From assembly GCA_030390025.1 (NCBI GenBank), contig CM059452.1, positions 7,812,001 to 7,876,000 on the forward strand: a stretch of DNA of 64,000 bases. The letters run 5' to 3'. The notes under the pieces were generated by a model. That model saw only the letters and a list, made by a program, of their open reading frames with translations. It was not told the DNA's origin and ran no database searches. This document shows positions 1 through 13,290 of this stretch, piece by piece. This DNA is from Squalus acanthias. Lineage: Eukaryota. The position numbers and the translations under genes were made by a program. The first letter of the stretch is position 1. Each line of letters starts with the position of its first letter.

Positions 1-19
1 TTATTATATTGTTCAATAG

Positions 20-990
20 TTAACGAAGTCTTCAACAGTGAAGTGGGTGTACCGGGCACAATTTCATAATTTGCAAATGACACAAAACTTGGAAGTATAG
101 TAAACAGTGAGGAGGATTATGATAGACTTCAGTAAGGCATAGACAGACTGGTGAAATGGGCGGACACGTGGCAGATGAAATTTAATGCAGAAATTGCGAA
201 GTGATACATTTTCGTAGGAAGTACGAGGAGAGGCAATATAAATAAAAGTATACAATCCTAAAGTGGGTGCATGAATAGAGAGACCTGGGGGTATGTATGC
301 ACAAATCATTGAAGGTGACAGGGCAGGTTGAGAAAGCGGTTAAAAAAGCATACGGGATCCTGGGCTTTATAAATAGAGGCATAGAGTCCAAAAGCAAGGA
401 AGTTATGATGAACCTTTATATAACACTGTTTCGGCCTCAACTGGAGCATTGTGTCCGATTCTGGGCACCGCACATTAGAAATGATGTTAAGGCCTTAGAG
501 ATGGTGCAGAAAAGATTTACGAGAATGATTCCAGGGATGAGGGACTTCAGTTACGTGGATAGACTGGAGAAGCTGGGGTTGTTCTCCTTAGAGCACAGAA
601 GAGTGAGAGGAGATTTTATAGAGGCGTTCAAAATCATGAGGGGTCTCGAGAGAGTAGATAGAGAGAAACTGTTCCCATTGGTGGAAGGGTCGAGAACCAG
701 AGGTCACAGATTTATGGTGTTTGGCAAAAGAACCAAAGGCGACATGAGGAAAAACTTTTTTACGCAGCGAGTGGTTAGGATCTGGAATGCACTGCCTGAA
801 AGGGTGGTGGAGGCAGATTCAATCGTGGCTTTCAAAAGGGAATTGGATAAGTACCTGAAGGAAAGAATTGCAGGGCTACGGGGAAAGGGCGGGGGAGTGG
901 GACTAGCTGAATTGCTCTTGCAGAGAACCGGCACGGGCTCGACGGCCGAATGACCTCCTTCTGTGCTGTAACCATTCCATGAATCTATGA
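20..990 (+). mobile_element. 5'-truncated CR1-type LINE (RT C-terminal region and 3' tail)
   Basis: ORF 297-953 has CR1 motifs (RPQLEHCVRFWAPH, RTRGH, FFTQRVVRIWNALP); short tail near 972-990. Confidence 0.9.
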
Positions 991-1112
991 ACCGGAGGCT
1001 GAAACTAGCCTTGGGAATTAGAACAAAATGGCAACTGGTCCAAAGGTTCTGGAAAGGCACATCTCGTTTCCACTTAACTAAATTCCGAAATTATGAAACT
1101 GTAAATGAATGT

Positions 1113-2362
1113 CATAGAAACATAGAAACATAGAAATTAGGAGCAGGAGTAGGCCATTCGGCCCCTCGAGCCTGCTAGGCCATTTAATGAGATCATGGCT
1201 GATCATCCAAATTCAGTACCCTGTCCCTGCTTTCTCCCCATATCCCTTGATCCCTTTAGCCTTAAGATATATATGTAACTCCTTCTTGAATATATTTAAT
1301 GCATTGGCCTCAACTGCCTTCTGTGGTAGAGAATTCCACAGGTTCACCACTCTCTGGGTGAAGAAATTCCTCCTCATCTCAGTCCTAAATGGCTTACCCC
1401 TTATCCTTAGACTGTGACCCCTGGTTCTGGACTCCCCCGCCATCGGGAACATCCTTCCTGCATCTAGCCTGTCTAGTCCTGTTAGAATTTTATAAGTTTC
1501 AATGAGATCCCCTCTCATTCTTCTAAACTCGAGCGAATACAAGGCCAATCGTCCCAATCTCTCTTCATACGTCATTCCTGCCATCCCAGGTGTCAGTCTG
1601 GTGAATCTTCGCTGCACTCCCTCCATGGCAAGAACATCCTTCCTCAGATAAGGCGACCAAAACTGCACACAATACTCAAGGTGTGGTCTCACCAAGGCCC
1701 TGTACAACTGCAGCAAGACATCCTTGCTCCTGTACGCGAATCCTCTCGCTATGAAGGCCAACATACCATTTGCCTTCTTAACCGCCTGCTGCACCTGCAT
1801 GCTTACCTTCAACGACTGGTGCACAAGGACTCCCAGGTCTCGTTGTACTTCCCCTTTTGCCAATCTATTGCCGTTCAGATAATAATCTGCCTTTCTGTTT
1901 TTGCCACCAAAGTGGATAACCTCGCATTATACTGCATCTGCCACGCATCTGCCCAATCACCCAACTTGTCCAAATCATACTGGAGTTTCTCTGCATCCTC
2001 CTCACAACACACGTGCCCACCCAGCTTTATTTCGTCTGCAAACTTGGCGATATTACATCTAGTTCCCTCGTCTAGATCATTGATATATATTGTGAATAGC
2101 TGGGGTCCTAGCACCGATCCCTGCGGTACCCCACTAGTCACTGCCTGCCACTCGGAAAAAGACCCGTTTATTCCAACTCTTTGCTTCCTGCCTGCCAACC
2201 AGTTCTCTATCCAAGTCAGTACTTTACACCCAATCCCATGTGCTTTAACTTTGCACGCCAATCTCTTATGCGGGACCTTATCGAAAGCCTTCTGAAAGTC
2301 CAAATACTCCACATCCACTGGTTCTCCCTTATCTATTCTACCAGTTACATCCTCAAAAATGT
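1113..2362 (-). mobile_element. 5'-truncated CR1-type LINE
   Basis: ORFs 1875-2405 (LDFQKAFDKVPH, GVPQGSVLGP, KFADE) and 1213-1863; (CATAGAAA)n tail at 1113-1137. Confidence 0.92.
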
Positions 2363-2482
2363 CAAACATTAATGAGCATAAATGTGAGATAAAAAGCAAT
2401 TTCACGTTACTTTATGTTGAGAAAGTGTCAGTCAATATTGGTTGATGTAAGGTGACCGGCGGTGGGAATCCGCCCTCTGTCA

Positions 2483-2496
2483 GCGCCACCTAGTGG
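2483..2496 (-). promoter_or_regulatory. CTCF-like motif just downstream of V1 RSS
   Basis: CCACTAGGTGGCGC on the minus strand, full match to the CCASYAGRKGGCRS consensus. Confidence 0.6.
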
Positions 2497-2578
2497 CTGG
2501 GTTTAAAGTATCTCCTTTGAGCTGATCTCACAGAACACGGTTTGTGTTCGAGGTGTCCAGAGGCCCCTTCTCACTGTG

Positions 2579-3169
2579 GGCCTCAGTGCACAGTAGTACA
2601 CGGCGCTGTCAGCGAGTTGCATCTCAGTCAAGTTGAAAACAGCGATATTTCTGGACTTTTCCAGAATGACAAGAAACGACCGTTAATTTCGCCCTTTCCA
2701 AAGGAATGTGCCTGAATTACAAAAGTCGGAGCCTTTTTCTGGCTCTGACGGTAAAGCTGCAGGGAATAGCTCACTTCTGAAATTGAATAGTTACAATTAA
2801 TGCTCATCGACGTTCCTTCCGGATATTGGGCTTCTGTTGGCCACTGATCGACGGAGTCTCCAGAACTCATCCTGCAGAAAACATTCCTGGTTACCGATGG
2901 AAACAGAGAGGAACACAGATCACACGTTTCTCATTCTTTAAGAATATATCTGTCTAACTCTCTGTGTATACACAGGGAGACAAAGAGACAGGAAGCGATA
3001 GCATTAGAATAATGGATAGACAGTGATAGATACACAGGTTGATAAAGAGAGAGATAGACAGAGGCATAGAGACGGACAGAAAGACAGAAAGACAGGCAGA
3101 GTGACAGACATAGAGACAGAGGGACCAACAGTAAAGCAGGCAGATAGACAGACAGTCAGATAGACGGAC

Positions 3170-3202
<33 letters not shown>

Positions 3203-3461
3203 TAGCGAGACAGACAGGCAGACAGACAGACAATTCGATAAACAGGTGGATAGACCTAGAGATCGATGAGAGAGAGGGAGACCGAGAGAGAGAGAGAGAG
3301 ACGCAAAGAGACAGAGAGAGAGAACGAGGCAGACCTAGAGATCGATGAATTGAAGACAGTTGTGTCAATAGTGGAATGGACAGACAGATGCATCAATAAA
3401 TAAACCAACCGAATAACAACGGAGGAAAGGACCAAATAACGAAAAGCCCAAACTCCCTAAT
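2579..3461 (-). pseudogene. TCR alpha/delta-type V pseudogene (V1)
   Basis: V exon ~2579-2871 GDSVDQWP..SINCNYS..LYRQ..[1-nt deletion]..DSAVYYCALRP; RSS heptamer 2572-2578, 24-bp spacer, nonamer ACACAAACC 2539-2547; probable leader 3410-3461 with ATT in place of ATG. Confidence 0.85.
3040..3330. repeat. (GACA)n/(GA)n microsatellite in the V1 intron
   Basis: direct reading. Confidence 0.85.
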
Positions 3462-4089
3462 GGCCGCAGTCTCCCCACACCGGGAGCCCGCACTTCACCC
3501 GGTGCCTCCTCTCAGCTGCAGCTTTCGAACTGAAGGGGAGAATTTGAAATGTTTCCGTCAGCACACGGAGTCCCCGTCATTTCCTGAATCAAACCAGGAG
3601 CCTGGTTTCAATGAGCTGCCGGTGATCATTGTCCCTCTCTGTGTTCATTATCACAGCCCGCGGTCCTGGCGCACAGGCTCCGTGAGCTGTTCTGCTTTGT
3701 CCCGGACATCTTATCATCCGATCCCGGGAATGGGTGAGGATTCTGTCTGACCGTTACCGGTGTTTTGAAATTGATGCTCATGGTTAACGAGGAATCGATT
3801 TTAGGGTTTTCTTGTTGATGGAATATATTCCATTAGATAGAAATGAAAACCTGACACGATGTTGTCGGAATTCCCATTAACGACAGTTTAATCTCGAACA
3901 TTTTTGTCTGTATTTGTGTTTGTTTATCTGAGCAGATCGGTATATGCATTTCTCTGTTTGTTTCCAGTGCTCCTAGTCAGGCTTGTAGTGGACACAGGAG
4001 GGCGCTCTCTGATCACTTGTGCAGATCATTCGTCTGAAACAACTTTCAGCTGAATATGCATCAATACCTCCACGCAGATCCACCAGTTG

Positions 4090-4320
4090 TGTGTAGCGGG
4101 GTTTGCTTTGGCGCGTGGGTGCATGTATATGTCTGTGTTTAGGTCTGTATGTATGTGTCTGTGTTTGTGTATAAATATCTATGAGCGCGTGTCTGTGTGT
4201 AGGTCATTGTTTGTGTATGTGCCTATGTGCATGCATATGTCTGTGTGTGTGTTTGTGTGTGTGTATGTCAGTGTGTATGTGTATGTGTGTGTGTATGCAT
4301 GTGTCAGTGTTTCTGTTTCT
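4090..4320. repeat. degenerate (TG)n microsatellite
   Basis: direct reading. Confidence 0.85.
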
Positions 4321-4556
4321 AATACACTGTGTTTCTAATACGTGAAGCTTGTACTGTCCACAGGAGGGCGCTCTCTGATCACTTGCTAAAGGACATGAAT
4401 CCCAACTACAGGAAGTGGCTGTATCGAGGGATACAAATGGCGGGGAGAAGAAATCCCAGCAGATCTGATGAGATCATCGCGCTGTTTCAGTTCCTCCCAT
4501 TCCAGGCCTGGTACGTGCAGTGATCACAGTCTGTTTCTGGAGTTCAGACTGAAACC

Positions 4557-5029
4557 ATGGAGGTGAAACGTTGCCTGACTTTGGTTATTGTCTTGATCAC
4601 AGGTCTGTGATATTAGAATCTTCCTACAATATTCCCCAATCCTCATACGATTTCCTATCTTCATCTCCGGGTGATTATTTCTCGGTCTAACCCGCTGCGT
4701 GTCCGCTGTTTATTTTCGGAGATGAGTAACGGAGACTCGGTGTTCCAGTCAGAGCAAGGACTCCGATAAGAAGATGGTGCAGATGCAGCAATAACCTGCA
4801 GTTAAACTGTATCGGGTTCAGCTACAAACTATGGCCTGTTCTGGTATCGCCAGTGTCCTCACAAAACCCCTCAGTATCTGCTCAGAGCCGATAGTTATGG
4901 GAATAACGAGACAGCTCCGGGTTTTGAACACTTCAGCGGAAATCTCAACCAGACACAAGGCACTTTTCACTTATCCATGAAAGGCTTGAAGGCCACAGAC
5001 AGCGCCGTGTATTACTGTGCCCTGAGACC
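4557..5029 (+). pseudogene. TCR alpha/delta-type V pseudogene (V2)
   Basis: Leader 4557-4602 MEVKRCLTLVIVLIT; acceptor mutated (ttttcGG); V exon GDSVFQ..ITCS*..LFWYRQ..DSAVYYCALR with two in-frame TAA; RSS CACAGTG 5030-5036, 22-bp spacer, ATAAAAACA 5059-5067. Confidence 0.9.
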
Positions 5030-6008
5030 CACAGTGAATAAAGACCATTGAACCGAATATAAAAACAGGGCATAGGTCGGCATCAATGGTTGGGCTTCAG
5101 CAAAATACCAGGGACTAAATCCCAGAGAGTTTGTGGAGAAAACGAATGGGAAAATAAAGCCTGATCCGTGCGGTTTTCTTCAGTTAAAGTCATTGTTGTC
5201 AGTGTTGGGATAAATTACATTTCTCTACCATTTTAATCCAGGGTCCAATTCAGAGATTTCCAGCTGCCTGTTAGCACAGACCTGCAGATTTTTCGGATGA
5301 ATAACAGGATCAATCTCTACAAGTAAAAGTCCTGGATAAGGATCAGATCCGTCAGGTGTCATCATTCAAAAGTGATCTAATCTCAAATGAGGCCTTAGGC
5401 GCGTCACACTTCAAAGATCTGGTGTCCCAGGGGTAAAAAATAGTGACTGACTGAAATCATCACTTTACTGGTACAAGTTGAGCCCCAGTGGTATCGCATC
5501 CTGGCTTGAAGAGGTGTGACTGCTTATCATGTCCCTCTTGGCCTTAAGACTATAACTATTAATGGAGCTCATTGACTGGAGCGAATTCATTAAAACCAGG
5601 GCCTGAGACTAATTTCGAATTCTTTCATTTTTCACCTTAATTAGAGAGAGATCTATCTATCTATAGACAGAGACATTGAGTTCAACAGAAAGAGACACAA
5701 AGCGAGAAAGAGACAGAAAGACTGACCGAGAGACACAGAGCAAGAAACTGAGACAAAGAGAAAAACGCACAGACACTGACAGGGATGGAAAGAGTTCGGA
5801 GAAAACCAGGAGTCATTTTTCCTCAACTGACACTGATTGGTCCACAGCTGACGTTAGTTCTGTGTGACCAGCCAATCCCGGCCCTGAGAAACGCCCCATG
5901 GTTTCCAAATAAGTGAAGCCTGCCTCTGATTTAGGTTTACTGTTTAATATCAGACTAGAATGGTTTAAACCATCCTGCTATTTTCTGTCTAATTCTAAAC
6001 CAGACACC

Positions 6009-6446
6009 ATGTGCTCCCGATGTTCCATACTGATGTTGATGGTCGTACTGCCCGGTGAGTCTATGTTTAAATGGTCAGTGTGTGTTCCATGGGTTATATT
6101 TACTCCCAGACTTTTGAATCATTCTGTATTTTGTTACAGGAACGAATGGCAAAGACTCAGTTTCCCAGGATCCGTCGGAGTTAAAGGTTCAGGAAGGACA
6201 GACCATAATACTGAACTGTAGTTACTCCACATCTGATACCTTTCCCTACCTCTTCTGGTACATCCAGTACCCCGGGGAAGCTCCGAAATATCCACTGAAG
6301 AGATACGGCAAGGGGCAGGGGGAAAGGTCTCCAGATTTCCCAGACCGGTTCTCTGCTGATTTGGACCAAGACAAGAAAACGGTTCCTTTAATTGTCTCCG
6401 GGGCTCTTGTCTCTGTCTCGACCGTGTATTTCTGTGTGCTGAGCCC
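6009..6446 (+). CDS. TCR alpha/delta-type V segment, open frame (V3)
   Basis: Leader 6009-6054 MCSRCSILMLMVVLP; exon 6140-6446 KDSVSQDP..ILNCSYS..LFWYIQYPGEAPKY..VSTVYFCVLS; RSS CACACTG 6447-6453, 23-bp spacer, ACAAAAACC 6477-6485. The DSAVY motif is altered to VSTVY. Confidence 0.88.
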
Positions 6447-6954
6447 CACACTGTTACAGGGGCGCAGTCAGTCCGTACAAAAACCAGCAAAGGACTCTCA
6501 CTCACTCTCACTGAAACAGATCTGGGACCTCGATTGTGACCTGATAATAGAACAGAAACCAAATAATAGAGATAAACAGAAGGATCAATAAATAGATGGA
6601 TAGGTAATTAAATAGATAGACAGACAGAGAGATAACTCTACAGTCTCCCTCTCCTCATTGTCTCTCCCAGTGATCCCTTCCTCCTTTGTTTGACAGTATC
6701 CGTCCCATGCAGACAAAGCCCAGCCCGTGTGGATTCCGGCTGCGGAGTCCGCGAGTGTAAAACGCGATGTATTTCACGGCTCTGTAACGTGTTTGTTCTT
6801 GTTACATTAGGAGCTGACTGATGAGATAGTTGAACAGTAGCGCTTCGATCATCATCCTGAGTGCCCGACTGCAATGACACCAAGAGGTAAATAAGATCGT
6901 GAAGAGTATTAAAAAAGCTAACTGAATATTTATTCAAAATTAAACTGCTGAAGT

Positions 6955-7185
6955 AGAACGGGTTCAAACTATGAAAGGTCAGTTTAGGGCTGATATCAGG
7001 AAATTCTTCAAAAACAGAGAGTGATTAATGTGTGGAATCAGCTTCAAGATGGAACAGCAGAGGGAACAACCTGTGAACAATTTCGGAAAACAATGGATAT
7101 TCCAATGGGGAGGGGAAGTTAGCATCACTCTGGATGAACTAAGAGGGGCCGAACACCCTCTCACATCTGGAATTATATTGTGATC
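6955..7185 (+). mobile_element. old degenerate CR1 3' fragment
   Basis: decayed 'aggaaattcttcaaaaacagagagtgattaatgtgtggaat' (FF-QRV-N-WN motif). Confidence 0.55.
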
Positions 7186-7997
7186 TTCTGAACTGCATTT
7201 GCAGGAGTTGGCGCTCGGAATTGCACCTTGTAGTTACATTTAGTCACCACCAGAGGTCGGTGCGATGTTGTGCTCGCTCTGTTGGTTTAAGTGCAGAGCC
7301 AAGTTAGACTGAAAACATTATTCAGTGATTTTACTGAAGAAACTGAGTAAAGAAACAGATTCGGAAGTGGGGCATACATTTCAAATGCAAGTTGCGTTGT
7401 ATTTAAATGTTATTATGAATTATTAAAGTATTATGAATGTCAATGCGTTGTAAATATATTAAACAGCAGCTCACCCCAGTATCACTGACCCTATCTGCTG
7501 TTCGTACCTACCCATTCTGCTCAAACCTGTCAGTCACTCCCCATTTCATTCATATAAAAGACGGCGTTTGTCTAATTTACCGCATCGTTGTGTTCAAATT
7601 GCACAGGACCGGTTGGCCGTCTATATATATCGGCTTTATATCGGCTGTGGGTGGTTCTAATGGTCAGTTTGCAGCTCCTTTAATGGGATTCTCCGGCACG
7701 GATACCAGAACAACAATCTGTTCCCCTTCACAGACTGACCCTGCTAAATGGCTCATTAATCCCCGTCCAGTTCCGTGTTGTGCGGAAAACAATTTCACGC
7801 TTTTCCCTCATCCCCGCTCTGACGTCATGAATTGGAGAACAAAGGAGCTGTGAGCTGATTGGATGTCACATGACACTGTCAGCAACGAACCAATCGACAG
7901 AGAGGCCGGATATTACTCAACATCTTCCCAACTCTTGACCACAACAGTTTCAGGTTCAACACATTCTGTTCAAATCCGCCATCAACGCTCTGCAAGC

Positions 7998-8853
7998 ATG
8001 TTGGCTGTTACTTTCTGTTCATTTATCACAGCTGCAGCTCTCTTAACTGGTAAGTGACACAACTCTGTGTTGTTTCACATCTGCATCATACCTTATATTA
8101 AATCGGTCAGTTCCCTGAACGTATGAATATCAATAGATTAATACGAAGTGAAGAAATCCATCCAGACCAACCTTGATTCAACACTGAAAATTATTTGGGG
8201 AAACTCGACAAATTCCCCCAGTAAATGAAAACGGAAATTTGAGGTAAGGTTACAGGCGAATGGCAGACAGACCCGCCCCGAGCTGCTGGGGCCAATGACG
8301 GACTTTGACAGACTCACGAGTCTGAAACCAACAGACCGTTTGAAGTTTTCCCTTCACCTCACAAGACGTGAAGGTGAGGAACTGATCCCGTTGGAAGGTG
8401 CTGAAGGTTCATTAAGGAATGTTTATTCGGTCGATCCAAGCACGTTTTCGTTGCAGCCGCTGAGCTGTGGGGAAATGTATTTCTGTTTAACTGCCCTGAT
8501 TTACTTCTCAGGGAAATGTTGAGGGTGACGGGCTGATTCTGGGGGATAGACACAGTGAAGTGACATTGTTTAATTTAGTGTCGCTCTGGGCCCTTGCAGG
8601 ATATTGTCGAGGAGACTGCCGTTTCACAGACACCGGCTGCAACCACAGTCAGTGAAGGAGACGATGTTCAGTTGCACTGTAATTATACAGCTACAAGCAC
8701 CAACCCTTACCTATTCTGGTACCGTCAGTATCCCAGCGGATCCATGGAGTATCTGCTGCAGATAAACAAATACAGCGAGAACGAAGGGACAGTTCCAGGG
8801 GTCCGTTTTTCAGCGAAGCTCAATGATTCGATCCGAACCGTCCCGCTGAATAT
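7998..8853 (+). pseudogene. TCR V pseudogene, frameshifted and 3'-truncated (V4)
   Basis: Leader 7998-8049 MLAVTFCSFITAAALLT; exon from 8600 has a 1-nt insertion after GYCRGD, then VSQTP..LHCNY..LFWYRQYP..RFSAKLNDSIRTVPLN; no YYC or RSS follows. CRE TGACGTCA at 7820 upstream. Confidence 0.85.
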
Positions 8854-9192
8854 GAGAAAGGAATCACTGGACACCGGGGAAAGCGGGAGGGAAAACATAC
8901 TGACTGGAACCTGTGCACACACAAAGATCACGGGCATCCAGCATCAGTTGAACTGAAAGGAAATAAAAGTCAGTTTTTGTGAATGCGGATTGCGGGTTGT
9001 TGTTGTTTATTGTGGGGATCAGAAAGGGTCAAATCTCCCAGCGAAAACTGTGAATTTACAAGCTCCACTTCATCTTCTTTATGTTTCTGTCCCTGTAAGT
9101 TTTGATGTACAAGGCTCGACATTCACCATCAGCATCACCGCAACACACCTCCCCAAAAGTGGACACTGGGAACTGGCCCATACACACACACA

Positions 9193-10383
9193 GGGCTGGA
9201 TTTTGATACTGGGGCGGGTTGGAATCGTGTCATCCGCATTTCGTGTTATCCATCCGCCTGCAATTGGATGTGGGAGATTGATGCAATTTTCACTTAATTG
9301 GGCAATTGAGTTCCAGCATGTGGGAACCCATGAACCAATTAGTGGTTTCAGTCTGAAAGTCGCCTTTGATGATGTCATCATTGCAGGTCAGAGACTGCCC
9401 GGTCTCAGAGATTGCCTGGCTTTTGCTGTGAGAGGACCTGGATGCAAAATGAGCAGCATCTCAGAGAGAGAGAGAGAGAGAGAATTATTTTGCAACCAAG
9501 TCCTCCCACGCAGTCTCTGAAGACATTCAATGGGCTGGATTTTGAATGACCCGTGGAGTCGGGGTTGGAGTTGGGGGGGTGGGGGGGGAGTTAAATTTGC
9601 AGATTCGGGGGTCCCGACCCCATCCCGACTCCAACCCGCCTCCATGCCAATTTCTCTGGCGGCGGGTACCCGACCTGGTCTGAGACCCGACTCCCCGAGG
9701 CGGGAAGTGATTAGTGACAATTAACTGCCTGTTAACAGGTAGTTAACAGGCAGTTTTTTGCATAATCCCTATTTTAAAAACAAAAGTGTGGGCTTCCCGA
9801 CAGGTGGCAAACACTCCAAGTTATCGGGTCGGGCCGTGGGTCTGCTGGGGTTGGAGGGGTCGATATGTCCGATGGGCAGGTGAGTGATGGGTGCATGTGT
9901 GCAGAGGTAAGTGTATAAGGTAAGTGCTAAGTGTTGGAAAAAGTTTTACTTACCTTAACTTCCTCCTGCAGGTGTCAGCCCTTCAGTTCTCGGGAGTTAG
10001 AAATCTCACCGGCACAGAAAGCAGGAAAGCCGTGGACCTGTCAAAAACAGCAGCCTTCTGTTTTCTGTGCTAGAATGATTTCTAACTCAGCCTGAAAGGA
10101 AGGACTAAAGTTAGAAATCATATTGTGGGTGTTTGACATCTTCACAGAGCTGTCAAACGCTGATATTTCATCTGTCAAAAGCTCTTGACAGATGAAATGT
10201 CAGTCTGTGACGTCACCTGTTGCCGGGTGGCCCTTAATTGGCCTGCTGAGCCCACTGGGCGGGCTCAACAAGGTCAATCAAGGGAAAATACAGTGGGTTG
10301 GCCACATCTCGATGGAGGCGGATTCACAAGCCAGAATGTGTGATTCCCGACCCCAACACGACTCCAACTTCAAAATCCAGCCC
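9193..10383. mobile_element. second related TIR pair (MITE), interleaved with the previous element
   Basis: GGGCTGGATTTTGA at 9193 and TCAAAATCCAGCCC ending 10383. Confidence 0.5.
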
Positions 10384-10810
10384 AATGCAGCAGCATCAGA
10401 GGCAACTTTCAGACCTAATACTACTACTACCTTCATCACAATACTACTACTACCTTCATCACATCTCCGTTGTAATAGTGGACCTGCAGCTGATAGTCAG
10501 CTATCCACTTGTGCTCCCGCCAGGTTTCACTGGCGTGTTTCACATCAGGCGAACTTCACGTCGGAAAAGGGTTAAACTAGCTAAAACGTTTCAAATTGGC
10601 ATTACAGAGCCAATTTCGGGCTTGTTAAGGGCTTTAATGGCTTCTCCCGCCTCTTGGAGGCGGGACAGAGTCGGGAACCCCGCGACCGATTTTGTCAAAA
10701 TTGCGTGGAGGCGGAATGGAGTCGGGATGGGATCGGGACCCCCAAATCTGCAACTTTAACCCCCCACACGCCTCCAAACCCGACTCCACGGGTCATTGAA
10801 AAGCCAGCCC
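9532..10810. mobile_element. non-autonomous TIR element (MITE, PIF/Harbinger-like GGG..CCC ends)
   Basis: GGGCTGGATTTTGAATGACCCGTGGAGTCGGG at 9532 and its reverse complement ending 10810; inverted similarity extends >100 bp. Confidence 0.7.
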
Positions 10811-10862
10811 TTATTGTCTGTTTTCACTAAATATCCGAACAATGTAAAAGGTCTCATCGTAT

Positions 10863-10876
10863 CCGCCAGAGGGCGC
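10863..10876 (+). promoter_or_regulatory. CTCF-like motif
   Basis: CCGCCAGAGGGCGC. Confidence 0.55.
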
Positions 10877-12050
10877 CGTGGTCGCAAGGTTCTCGCTGCT
10901 CCCTCGGCACTCGAACCATTGTTCTTCCTGATTTGTGTAAACGCATCACAATTTCAAAGCCTATTGCGTTTGTGTTCGTGCGATTCAGCAAAGTTTCCCC
11001 CCATCTCTTTTAATTGTCAACTATTCATCGTCACAATCTTTACCACGCTTATGAATTATTTCCTTATACTGCAAATCTTAAAGCGACTGCGAGTGACATC
11101 TTTGGTAACTGCCGTTTAGAAAAAAACCCTTATATATTAAAATCTGGAATGAAGGACACACTCAGAGAGATGGGACTGTAACCCGGGTGAGGAGTATCTC
11201 CCGTGTCAATAAGCACCATTTCCCTTCCCATGTGATTAATTGCAGCACAGTGGAATGGCGCCTCCTGTGAGTTTCAGGCAGACATTAATCTAACGGGTTC
11301 AGCAGATATTTGGGGAAGGGGCTCATGTTCCCCTCCGAGCAATTACCAACACAGTCGGTTGATGGCGGTAAGATATTATCTCGAAGTGACAATATATCGG
11401 TTTGAAAGTAGATGAAGCTGTTGTTTATTTCAATCACTGCCACTAATCAGACTGAGGTGGTTGACGGGGAGTCGGGTTTGATTAACCTGCTGGGGACCCA
11501 TAGTGGGAAGATTTCCTCCGGTCTCTCTCTGGAAATCTCATCCACAAGTTGTTTTAACGAAATCGCAAGCTGATTATTTTAGAATGTGTTCACTATTTCG
11601 TTAGAAATAGCGACCAGAGTAAATCTACCGCACAGAGCGGATAGTTCAGTGTAAACAAAATTGTTACGGGAGAAGGAAGTTAATGCTCTCGGTGAGCCGT
11701 CACACACCGACATAAAATAAACAAACACTCAGTGTGACCAATTCGGGCCCATTAAATAAATCCCCAAACCTCAGCAAAGCTGAAATTTTCTTCACACCAT
11801 AGGCAGCGCTCACTGAGTGATTGGTTCCAGCTTCAGATACTTTATACCGTGGTTCAAAGGGTTTCAACTGAGCCATGAGCCTCACTTGAATCTCATTTCA
11901 ATATATGGCGGGTGTTTTGGAGAAGGTGTCATTCGAGGGGAACAATGAGAGCAGGAAGTGACGTTGGACCAATAGGAGCATCTGACGAGGTCGATCCGGT
12001 CCGGAATTGGGCTTTTCAAGAGACCGACAGGTTCGGGCTCGGCAGCGGCC

Positions 12051-12506
12051 ATGCGGCTATTCAGCGCCTGGGTTGTGTTTGGGGTGTTAATTGTCGGTAA
12101 GGATCAATCCAATTATGTCGTGTTCAAACTAATGTGTTAATATTATTTCAGCTTTTAATACTCGGTCTTATCTTGTTCCTGAACACATGTTACAGATCAG
12201 AGTGATGGTGATTCTGTTACTCAGTCTCAGATTTCAGTCAGCAGCAGAGAAGGTGAAGCGGTGACTATAAGATGCACCTACAGTACCACAGCCAACTACT
12301 ATTATTTATATTGGTACCGGGAACAACCAGAGAAGCAGCCCCAGTTTGTAATAAGGAGATGGTCTTCGGACACAGAGGTTCGGAGACGAGAGGGTTTCGG
12401 AATCCGTTTCTCTGCTGAGCTCCAGAGCTCGACTAAATTCACCAGTTTAACCATCTCGGGGGCTGCAGCTGACTGACGCTGCCGTGTATTACTGCGCTCT
12501 GGGACT
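12051..12506 (+). pseudogene. TCR alpha/delta-type V with a single +1 frameshift (V5)
   Basis: Leader 12051-12096; exon 12196-12506 GDSVTQ..TIRCTYS..LYWYRE..SLTIS[extra G in 12458-12462]GLQLTDAAVYYCALG; RSS CACAGTG 12507-12513, 23-bp spacer, ACGAAAACT 12537-12545. Confidence 0.88.
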
Positions 12507-12894
12507 CACAGTGATGGAAAGCAGTCTCACCCCCGTACGAAAACTACCATTGGACGGTAGGGCGGAACTCCTGTCTGTTGGGGTTGTGTGGAATCGCGGG
12601 CAGATGCAGCCACAATGTGCAGCGCGCTGTCAGGCGCTCAAACACACACCGAGAGGAAACCAAATTAACCTCGGATCAAACTGTCACCCAACTGTTTCCA
12701 GGAGCGGCCGAGAAAACAAACTGCAGAATCCAATCGGCCCAAATGATCGATCAGAGAATGAACCGACCGGTTAAACTGTCCTTTCTGCTTCTAATCAGCT
12801 GTTTTCCCTTTAAAATCATGGATCGATGTTCTGATTTGCTTCCGAGAAAGTGGTCGCTTACACTCAAACGTCACTCAAATATCGCCGAAACAAG

Positions 12895-13290
12895 TCACCC
12901 AAACATGGCCGACGGCACGTCACTCAAACATGGCCGACGGCACATCACTTCAACATGTCCGACAGCACGTCACACAAACATGGCCGACGCGCGTCACACA
13001 GACTGCAGACTGACGTCACGCAAACACAAAGCGGGAGAGTCTAACGCTGACTGAAGCTCAATGTTACATTACATATTCTTCAAGTTTACAGAATAGAAAT
13101 GGGAGAAATGATTAATTGTACTTCAGTCATCTTTAATGCTTTGACGCCGATGATCCCTTCTGGCTGTACACGTTAATAAGTACCGTCTACAGCAAGTGCA
13201 GATTGACGTCACAGAGACTGCAGACTGACGTCACAGCGACTGCAGACTGACGTCACAGAGACTGCAGACTGACGCCATACAGACTGCAGC
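12895..13290. repeat. short tandem repeats rich in CRE and YY1-like motifs
   Basis: AACATGGCCGACGGCACGTCAC-type units 12900-13000; 22-bp unit with TGACGTCA at 13204, 13226 and 13248, plus one at 13011. Confidence 0.75.

Noticed and set aside
8972-8980. Isolated nonamer-like AGTTTTTGT after V4
   Set aside because: No heptamer at a legal spacing
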